64,000 bases of DNA from a virus: IMG/VR virus record IMGVR_UViG_3300048837_000614, positions 1-64,000 of that record. One strand, 5' to 3'. The notes under the pieces were generated by a model. That model saw only the letters and a program-made list of their open reading frames with translations, did not search any database and was not told the origin of the DNA. Shown here in pieces: positions 57,068-64,000 of the stretch (position 1 is the stretch's first letter; each line of letters opens with the position of its first letter). The translations under genes and the position numbers were made by a program.

Positions 57068-57073
57068 GTTATT

Positions 57074-57118
57074 AAAAAAAGAAAAAAGGCCTTACATAAC
57101 TTTCGTTAATGCCTTTTG
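57074..57118 (-). terminator. Probable terminator after SSB gene
   Basis: AAAAGGC...GCCTTTT stem with A-run on + (T-run on -). Confidence 0.45.
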
Positions 57119-57142
57119 TCTTTATCCCTTCGGGTTTATTTT

Positions 57143-57733
57143 TTATAGATCGTCATCATCGTCATCATCATCATCTTCTTCTGATGCTAACTTTTTAGAT
57201 TCTTTAATATTTTTTTCTTTTTCTTCTTTTAGAAGATCTACAATTTTCATCTTTCTCTTTTCAGCAAATTCTTCTGCATCCTCTAGCGTTGCTAATGGAT
57301 CAATGAATGTATTGATATTTGTTGCGTCATTGCCTTGATAGATTGAATTCTTTGTTGCTACATAGAATGTAACTTTTTCTTTGATAAGTTTTCCAATAAC
57401 TTGATTTGAGTCAGCATCTTCTAATTTTTTTAGAAGTCTTTCATCATCTTCGAATGCTTTTTTAGCGATATTTGTTAAGGCTAATAGGAAATTATAACCT
57501 TCTGGGACAATGTCGCCTTCTTCATTTTGGTAATAGATTCTTGCCATGCTTGTTCTGTTGTTTTCAAATTGGAACTTTAAAAAATGGTAATTGTAACCTT
57601 TTCTTTTCGATTCTTTTTTTTCATCAACTGCATCTTCGTTTCCAACTAGAACTACTTTATATAGTCCTTCTTCCTTTAAATAAAGAAAACCTGTTGCTTT
57701 CTTTTCTGCGTTTTTAGGTAATTTTAGTGCCAT
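57143..57733 (-). CDS. Single-stranded DNA-binding protein (phage type)
   Basis: EEGLYKV OB-like start, very acidic EEDDDDDDDDDL tail, adjacent to ERF recombinase. Confidence 0.6.
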   Translation of the reverse strand: MALKLPKNAEKKATGFLYLKEEGLYKVVLVGNEDAVDEKKESKRKGYNYHFLKFQFENNRTSMARIYYQNEEGDIVPEGYNFLLALTNIAKKAFEDDERLLKKLEDADSNQVIGKLIKEKVTFYVATKNSIYQGNDATNINTFIDPLATLEDAEEFAEKRKMKIVDLLKEEKEKNIKESKKLASEEDDDDDDDDDL

Positions 57734-57735
57734 TT

Positions 57736-58617
57736 TTATTCTTCTCCTTCGGATTCTTTTTTAGTATATTTTTCTTCTAAATCTTTGTAAAATTGTTGTG
57801 CTTCTTCTAAAGTCATTGTTCCTAATTTTCTACCATTTAATTCTTTGACGATATCATCACGAACGAATTCCTTTTTGATTTGACTTCTTAATTCTGCTGC
57901 ATCATCTTGTAGACGTTTGTCTTTAGGTGTTGCTTCTTCTTTTTTTGTTTCTTTTTTGTCTTTCTTTGTGCCTTCTTCTAAGACTAAGTTTTTATCTAAC
58001 TTGCCTTTTTTCTCAATCTTATCTTCTTTTGTTTCTTGGAAATCATAAAGTTGATTATAGGTATATCTTTGGAAGTAGGTTGAAATCGCACCAAGGTTTT
58101 GTGGCTCGAAGAAATCTAAATACAATGTTTTCCAAGCATCTCTTGGTTCTGCAATTCTTAAGATTTCATTCTTAAGTTCGTATGGATCAGTGACTTGTTT
58201 TAGATTAGTGATGTCGATTTCTGTATACGTGATAGTATTTCCTGTTAAAATATCAATCAAATCTCTTCTTACGATGTTTTTGATTATAGGAACACTTACT
58301 CCTGCACCTTCGATACCAGGGTTTATAAGTCTTGTTTCTTCTGTGTAAACACTTGTTAGAAAATATTTAAGCTCTAATGTTGTAAATACTTTTTGCATGT
58401 CCTGTAAAGACACATAAAAATATTGTGATTTATAACCTGCTTCTTCTTTTTCTAGACTAATTCCTCTTATTTCTGCCTTTAGTAATGCAAATCTTAACCA
58501 AGGTGGCATAAGTTTATAGTCTGGCTCTTTAGCTTCTGTCACTTCTTCCACCTTTTTCTTTTTTGTTTCTTTTTTATCTGTCGGATCTTGTTGGTCTTTT
58601 AATTCTTTTTCATCCAT
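57736..58617 (-). CDS. ERF-family single-strand annealing protein
   Basis: YFYVSLQD and PQNLGAISTYFQRY, matching the ERF G-x3-TY-x-RRY motif. Confidence 0.75.
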   Translation of the reverse strand: MDEKELKDQQDPTDKKETKKKKVEEVTEAKEPDYKLMPPWLRFALLKAEIRGISLEKEEAGYKSQYFYVSLQDMQKVFTTLELKYFLTSVYTEETRLINPGIEGAGVSVPIIKNIVRRDLIDILTGNTITYTEIDITNLKQVTDPYELKNEILRIAEPRDAWKTLYLDFFEPQNLGAISTYFQRYTYNQLYDFQETKEDKIEKKGKLDKNLVLEEGTKKDKKETKKEEATPKDKRLQDDAAELRSQIKKEFVRDDIVKELNGRKLGTMTLEEAQQFYKDLEEKYTKKESEGEE

Positions 58618-60244
58618 TGTTTCTTTTCCTTCTTTCTATGAATTTTTTATAATCATTGATGATCTCTGTTGTTGATTTCTTTAAGATTAAAGCGTTATTT
58701 ATGATTGTATCTATTGTTTCAGGTACTTGTAATATGATGAATTCTTTTTCTCCAAAATATTCTTGTGCTTCTGGTGTTGTTGCATCAAGCCTATGACCTA
58801 ATTGTTCCATGTCTGATGGTACCCAAACTTGGTCCAAAGCGATTGCTGTATTAAGTCCTTCTATGGAAATGCCCTCTTTGCAAGTTCCTATAGTTCCTAA
58901 TAATATTATATCACTTTTTTTACTTTTTTTATTTATTATATCTTGGATTTTGATACTTTCTTCATCTTTTGTTTTCCCTGTTATTTCATAAAACACTTTA
59001 CTCGGAAACTCTTTTTGTATCTCTTTTTTAATTAAAGATATAGCTTCTTCTCTTGCTGAAAATATTGCAACATTCTTTTCTGGATTATCCATTAAGTAAT
59101 CTAATACAAACTCCGTTTTACAACCGTGTGTCTTTGCTTTTATTTGTTTTAGTATCTTTGGGTTTATGACTATACTTGAGTAGTGTGTCATTTGTTCTAA
59201 AGTGTTTAAGATAAATGAATCTCCTATCCTGCCATTCTCCATTAAATCATTTTCTAAAGTCTTTTGTTCATTATTCAACTCTAACTCCATATATGTTTTT
59301 TTGGGTGGTATGAGCCACTTCATAGACTCTTTTTGCTTGTTATTTGAACTACAGTAATCTAAGATTTCTTGTAATTCTTTTTGTTTTTCTTCTGACTTGT
59401 AACCCTTGATTTCTCTTCCACCCATGAAGTTTCTATCTACATCAAAGAAGTAGTATGCGAATGTCCAATAACTATCGAACGTACTTGGCATAATAAATTG
59501 TAATGTTGCGAAAGTGTCTTCCGGTGTGTTTACACTTGGCGTTCCACTTAATGGGTATCTATGTTCCGCTACTTTGCCTACTTTTAAAATTGATTTATTG
59601 ATAGGCATTAAGCCTGTTTCATCGTTTATTTCTTTTTGTTTTTTAGACATTTTTTGTCTATTACCTTTTGAGTTTCTTAAGACGTGAGCTTCATCAAGTA
59701 TTACAACTTTTGGTTTCCATTTCAAGATTGTGTCAAGTGAAAACCTTACCCTTGCATACGTTGAAACATACACATTGTAATTAGGATCAAACTCTCCTTC
59801 AAACTTTTTAGCAGTCACATTAGCCCATTCATTAAACCTTTTTATCCAGTTTCCTGTTACTTTCCCAGGGGACATTACGAATACTTTTTCACCTATTAGA
59901 TTTTTTCTTTCAATAAGTTTAATAACTGTTGGCGTCTTACCTAATCTTGGTTCATCAAAGATAGCAAATGATTTTAGATCTTCAGCGTAATCTACAATTT
60001 TTTGTTGGTAATCTCTTAACCTTAACTCTGTTTTTTCTTCTCCTTCTTCAAGTTGACCTTTTAACAGCGTGTTTTTTCTTTCGATTGCCTCATTGTATAT
60101 TGTTACTTTTTCATCATATTCTTCTTGATCTATGTCGCCAAGCTTTAATAGACGCAATAAAAGGGTCGGAGTTTCTAACAACTTCATGACCCTTTGCTTG
60201 CCTTCTACTTTGGTATAGATTTCAACGAAACCTACTTTTTTCAT
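58610..60244 (-). CDS. SNF2-family helicase
   Basis: LRDYQ, FDEPRLGKT, ILDEAH, LSGTP, EGISI, W.PSDMEQ..HR, TID. Confidence 0.9.
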   Translation of the reverse strand: MKKVGFVEIYTKVEGKQRVMKLLETPTLLLRLLKLGDIDQEEYDEKVTIYNEAIERKNTLLKGQLEEGEEKTELRLRDYQQKIVDYAEDLKSFAIFDEPRLGKTPTVIKLIERKNLIGEKVFVMSPGKVTGNWIKRFNEWANVTAKKFEGEFDPNYNVYVSTYARVRFSLDTILKWKPKVVILDEAHVLRNSKGNRQKMSKKQKEINDETGLMPINKSILKVGKVAEHRYPLSGTPSVNTPEDTFATLQFIMPSTFDSYWTFAYYFFDVDRNFMGGREIKGYKSEEKQKELQEILDYCSSNNKQKESMKWLIPPKKTYMELELNNEQKTLENDLMENGRIGDSFILNTLEQMTHYSSIVINPKILKQIKAKTHGCKTEFVLDYLMDNPEKNVAIFSAREEAISLIKKEIQKEFPSKVFYEITGKTKDEESIKIQDIINKKSKKSDIILLGTIGTCKEGISIEGLNTAIALDQVWVPSDMEQLGHRLDATTPEAQEYFGEKEFIILQVPETIDTIINNALILKKSTTEIINDYKKFIERRKRNNG

Positions 60245-61272
60245 TTCTTAACTTTTGTTTCCTTTTTTTTAACAGGTGTCACAGTCAATCTTCCTTTTAC
60301 ATTAGTAATAGATGTATAAGTTTCTTTTTCTTCTTCAGTTAAAGATTCCTTTACCTCATCTACTGTAATTAGCTTATATTCTTCTTGTCCGTTTTCAACT
60401 AAGAACTCATTCACTGCTTTTAATTTAGCCAAATTCTTTTCTTCGGTTGCTTTTGTGTAGTCTACATTTCTTCTTACACCTGGTTCAGTATAAGTTATTT
60501 TGAAATCTTCTAACTCTAATGTTTTGATTGCTGAATCTGCCATGTAGTTTTCTATTTCTTTGTAGTAACCATCAAGCTTCTTTTGTTCTTCATCTAATAA
60601 GGCTTTGTATTCTTGGACTTTTGAGAATGTTTGGGATAAAACTTTCATATTTACAACTTCCGAAAGTTCTGTTCCTTCAGTATATTTTTCATCAAGTTGA
60701 TAGCATTCCAACATCTTTAGAATGTTCTCTTTCTTTAAATCTTTTAACTGAATGGCTGTGAATCTATCGTCTTTTTCATTGTAATGGATAACCCACTTTT
60801 CTGTTTCTTGGAAGAATTCTTCATCGTCCATAAAAGAGTAAGTGTTCGTTTGCCAAGTTACTTTGTTAATGTAGATTTCATAAGTTGCTTTAAGGTCAAC
60901 GATTGCTTTTTTACCTGTGATAACATTTCTTCCTTTGAAATCTCCTGTTCCAGCTAATGCAAATGGTTTTAGAATACCAAATCTTGGCTGTGCATATTGC
61001 ATGTCCAATCCTTTTTCTTGTAATGCTTTTAAGAATCTTTCTTGCCATTCTGTTAATTCAAATGGGTCATTGATAGCTTCTTCTGCTAATTTGTCATAAT
61101 AGTTTCCTTTTTCTGATGCCGCCTCAACTTTAGCCATTAAAACTTTATTATTTTCATCGAAACCCTTGTCAATTCCTACCGCTTTTAATAATTGTGTTAC
61201 TGAAATTGCATCTATACCATCAACTTTATATGTGTGGTTTTCTGCGTAATACTCTATTTTGTGCTTACCCAT
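60241..61272 (-). CDS. PD-(D/E)xK (Cas4/RecB-like) exonuclease
   Basis: HTY..DG..SVTQLL, LAGTGDF, IVDLKAT, WQ..Y; C-terminal coiled coil. Confidence 0.8.
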   Translation of the reverse strand: MGKHKIEYYAENHTYKVDGIDAISVTQLLKAVGIDKGFDENNKVLMAKVEAASEKGNYYDKLAEEAINDPFELTEWQERFLKALQEKGLDMQYAQPRFGILKPFALAGTGDFKGRNVITGKKAIVDLKATYEIYINKVTWQTNTYSFMDDEEFFQETEKWVIHYNEKDDRFTAIQLKDLKKENILKMLECYQLDEKYTEGTELSEVVNMKVLSQTFSKVQEYKALLDEEQKKLDGYYKEIENYMADSAIKTLELEDFKITYTEPGVRRNVDYTKATEEKNLAKLKAVNEFLVENGQEEYKLITVDEVKESLTEEEKETYTSITNVKGRLTVTPVKKKETKVKK

Positions 61273-61281
61273 TTTTTCCTC

Positions 61282-61683
61282 CTAATATGGACTGTCATCG
61301 TCAATTTCTTTTACTTTTTCTTGTATCAGTTTATAAACTGTTAAAAGTTTTTGTAAGGATAGATCTTTTAGCTTTTTTCCTTCGGTAACTTCCTTAAAGT
61401 AATCTTCTAATTTATGATATCTAACTTTTATTGTGATTTGTTCTTGTATGCCTTCTTTTGTTAGATATTCTGGATTAGATGTTACCACTCTTGTTAATCT
61501 TTGAAGAAGTAGTTTTGTTTCGTCTGTATCATAAAGATTGTAGTTGAATACGAATTGTTCAGTTTCTTCTTCTGAAAGTTCTATTTCGTTATTTGAATCA
61601 AGATACAAGATTTTACTTTGCAAATCTAAATGAATCACCTTATCTAAGTTGATTAGGTGGTTTCCAATGTGAACTATTTTCAT
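61282..61683 (-). CDS. Hypothetical protein
   Basis: VHIGNHLINLDKV beta-rich N-terminus; ends DDDSPY. Confidence 0.7.
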   Translation of the reverse strand: MKIVHIGNHLINLDKVIHLDLQSKILYLDSNNEIELSEEETEQFVFNYNLYDTDETKLLLQRLTRVVTSNPEYLTKEGIQEQITIKVRYHKLEDYFKEVTEGKKLKDLSLQKLLTVYKLIQEKVKEIDDDSPY

Positions 61684-62006
61684 TCTAACATCCCTTCTGG
61701 AATGAGTAATACATTCCCTACATATTTATTTTTACCATTTTTATCGCCATAATTCCACCAAAAACCGTGATTAACGGGAAGATTTTTGATTAAACCTTCC
61801 TCGTCAACTACGATTGTGTAATTTTTGTTATCTATTGATATTGATCCTGCTATTTCGATATAACCACCTACAGCTTCTTGCATTTCTTCTAATTCGTAAG
61901 TTTTACCGTTTTTAGGCTCAAGATGTTCAATAGTTAAATTAGCGATTCCTTGTGCATCTATCGTTTCTTTGTCTAATTTGTAAAGTATCGCTGTTGTCTT
62001 TTTCAT
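61680..62006 (-). CDS. DUF3846-like protein
   Basis: LEEMQEAVGGYIE..VVDEEGL..LPVN..VGNVL. Confidence 0.8.
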   Translation of the reverse strand: MKKTTAILYKLDKETIDAQGIANLTIEHLEPKNGKTYELEEMQEAVGGYIEIAGSISIDNKNYTIVVDEEGLIKNLPVNHGFWWNYGDKNGKNKYVGNVLLIPEGMLE

Positions 62007-63043
62007 TATTCTTCTCTTAACGTCATGAGTAAGATCTTCGTTTCACCTTTTGTGAACATGAAGAAATTTTCTCTGATTTCTAAAGAGTTTGCAATGGCGA
62101 CGATGTTTAGGAAGTTTGAATAATTTACTTTCTTTTGGAATACATATTCATTTTCTTCTTTGATTTTGAATGAGTTTGTGTCAATCTCAGACTTTGTTTC
62201 AAAGGTGATTTCTTTTTCATCTTTTGCGATGATAAGAGTTGATGTTTTGTTTTCGATAGCCTTTAATTTCTTAATGACTTCTTCTGTAATTTCACCTGCA
62301 TATTCAAGTTTTTTGAGTTTTCCATTTTCTAATACCGATACTACGTCTGGATAAACACCTTCAAATAGTGTCGCTTTTAGGAATAAGCCTTTAGATGAAA
62401 TGAATAATGCCTTATCGTTTACTAGGATAGGGAATGGCTTCTCACCATTGGCATCAAAAATCGCTTTTAAGACAGGTATTGTTTCTGGTCTGATAATAAC
62501 TGACACTTCACCCTCATAACCGCTCTCAATTTGATTTATATACATTTTTACTGTATCTGTTGAAACGATATTCAATTTTCCTTCTTTAAGGCTTAAGAGT
62601 ACACCCTGTAACATAGGTCTCTTTGTATCCTTGGCAACGAACGATAGAGCATTGTCTAGCGTTTTCATTACCTCTGTTGTAATCATAATTTTTGTTGCTT
62701 CAATTTCTTCTTCCTTAACTTCGAAATTCATTTCTTCTACCATGATGGCAGTTGAGAATGAGATGCCATTTACTTTTGAGCTGATCGTTTTCTTGTTAAT
62801 CTTCAATTCAAATTCTTCAGCATCTTGCTTTTCGATTTTAGTTAAGAATTCTTTTTTAATTGCAATCAATTCGGATTCTTTTTCTTCTGTTTTAATCGCT
62901 TTTAATTTCAATACTAAACCATCTCTTCTTGTGTGGATGTTTAGGACGTTATCTTTTATTTCTAATACAATAATTTGATCCTTAGTTTCCATTTGTTTTA
63001 AGATGGTTAATGTGTTTTTTAATTGACTTTTTGTTATTTTCAT
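62006..63043 (-). CDS. dnaN: DNA polymerase III beta sliding clamp homologue
   Basis: 345 aa; KDTKRPMLQGVLL, VSTDTVKM, VIIRP, LFEGVYPDVVSV, C-terminal LLMTLR. Confidence 0.85.
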   Translation of the reverse strand: MKITKSQLKNTLTILKQMETKDQIIVLEIKDNVLNIHTRRDGLVLKLKAIKTEEKESELIAIKKEFLTKIEKQDAEEFELKINKKTISSKVNGISFSTAIMVEEMNFEVKEEEIEATKIMITTEVMKTLDNALSFVAKDTKRPMLQGVLLSLKEGKLNIVSTDTVKMYINQIESGYEGEVSVIIRPETIPVLKAIFDANGEKPFPILVNDKALFISSKGLFLKATLFEGVYPDVVSVLENGKLKKLEYAGEITEEVIKKLKAIENKTSTLIIAKDEKEITFETKSEIDTNSFKIKEENEYVFQKKVNYSNFLNIVAIANSLEIRENFFMFTKGETKILLMTLREE

Positions 63044-63786
63044 TAGAAAAATCCTTCCTCTTCTTCGGTTTCCTCTTCAGTAGTTTCATCTTCATCATCT
63101 TTATCATCTTCATCTTCAAAGACTTCTCCACCTGTGATATCTTTTTCTGTTATCGGTCCATCCAATTCCAAATCATCATTTTCTTCGTCGATGTTTTGAA
63201 TTTCTTCATTGTCCAATTCTTGTTGCGTTACTTCTGGTTTTTTTTCTTTCTTTTTCTTTTCTGTTTTGTCTTTAACGATTACTTCTACTTTATCATCTTC
63301 CCATGTGAAAGTAATTTCTTTTCCTTCGTTTTCGGAATAGATTTTGCTGATGAAATCATCTTTAGATAATACAGTTTTTTTGTCAATCTTTACTTCTAAA
63401 CCAAAGAAACCTTCTTCGACACCATGAGTAATCTTCTTTTCTGCACCTGCTTTAGTGATTGTGGTTGCTACTCCCGTTTCTTTTTGTCTTGTTTCTGCTT
63501 TTGGTTTTGGTTCTGGTTCTTTCATGTTGGCTTCAAATTCGTCAAAGAATGAGTCAATCCATTCTATAACTACATTATCAGTCACTCCTACATAATTTAA
63601 ACCCTGTAAATCTGCTAAAGCTCTTGCTTTTGTCGTAATGAAATCTACAACTTTTTTCTGAAACTTTTTCTTTTTTTCTTCATCTAATGTTTCGACTTTT
63701 GCAGACATATCTTTAGACTCCTTGATGCGTTGGTTTACAAACACTATAAGCATATTTGTAAAGGCATCTTTATAACTTAGCGACAT
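63043..63786 (-). CDS. PcfK-like protein with acidic tail
   Basis: DFITTKARA..GVTDNVVIEWIDSFFDE pattern; start MSLSY at 63786 after AGGAG. Confidence 0.6.
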   Translation of the reverse strand: MSLSYKDAFTNMLIVFVNQRIKESKDMSAKVETLDEEKKKKFQKKVVDFITTKARALADLQGLNYVGVTDNVVIEWIDSFFDEFEANMKEPEPKPKAETRQKETGVATTITKAGAEKKITHGVEEGFFGLEVKIDKKTVLSKDDFISKIYSENEGKEITFTWEDDKVEVIVKDKTEKKKKEKKPEVTQQELDNEEIQNIDEENDDLELDGPITEKDITGGEVFEDEDDKDDEDETTEEETEEEEGFF

Positions 63787-63800
63787 TTTCTTTCTCCTTT

Positions 63801-64000
63801 TTATTTTTTGTGATTTCTCACCCAAACACTACATTTATCTGGCATAAAAAATGTAAAATCCGAATAATACGATTTCCATTTTGGTTTTGTATTGATACCC
63901 CAACCTTGTTCTCCTTCGATTAGATCAAATACGAAACCCTCTGTTAAAATTTCCGAAACTTTAGACACGTTATCATTTTTGTAATTGCCTATTTGTTCTT
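63801..64000 (-). CDS. Partial hypothetical protein (5' end outside window)
   Basis: Open frame ...EQIGNYKNDNVSKVSEILTEGFVFDLIEGEQGWGINTKPKWKSYYSDFTFFMPDKCSVWVRNHKK* ending at 63801. Confidence 0.6.
   Translation of the reverse strand, partial: EQIGNYKNDNVSKVSEILTEGFVFDLIEGEQGWGINTKPKWKSYYSDFTFFMPDKCSVWVRNHKK

Noticed and set aside
60241-61272. CRISPR-associated Cas4 / CRISPR locus
   Set aside because: No repeat-spacer array or other cas genes seen; the context (ERF, SSB, helicase) indicates a recombination exonuclease.
48049-63369. Plus-strand ORFs overlapping the - arm genes
   Set aside because: Antisense shadow ORFs without RBS or recognisable motifs.
1-64000. Lysogeny module (integrase, repressor, att site) or host chromosomal flanks
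   Set aside because: None recognised. dnaB, dnaN and dut are divergent and embedded among phage genes; lifestyle cannot be determined from this window.

Overview
A 64 kb segment of a low-GC tailed dsDNA phage, standard genetic code 11 with strong Shine-Dalgarno sites. It is probably a podovirus of a Bacillota/Mollicutes-type host. The + strand arm (61-47619) carries, in order: a large terminase split by a group I intron with an HNH homing endonuclease, portal, a 2373-aa CotH/BspA-LRR appendage protein, a secreted moron, and a DnaB helicase plus accessory cluster with Tad2- and Tad1-like anti-defence sponges. It continues with a Prp-motif scaffold, an N4-gp56-type major capsid flanked by structured intergenic sequences, an adaptor-fibre fusion, a nozzle-like protein with an inserted staphylococcal-nuclease domain, three membrane proteins and an ejection-type protein. 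The arm ends in a 4949-aa giant protein holding a very compact fused beta/beta' two-barrel RNA polymerase core (candidate virion RNAP). The - strand arm (47738-64000) is an early/replication module: many small ORFs, RuvC-like resolvase, primase, dUTPase fusion, PcfJ/PcfK-like pair, a 274-aa minimal family A DNA polymerase with altered motifs, SSB, ERF recombinase, SNF2 helicase, PD-(D/E)xK exonuclease and a beta sliding clamp. No tRNA, CRISPR array, integrase, tape measure or endolysin was recognised. All family calls come from motif recognition by eye, not database searches.
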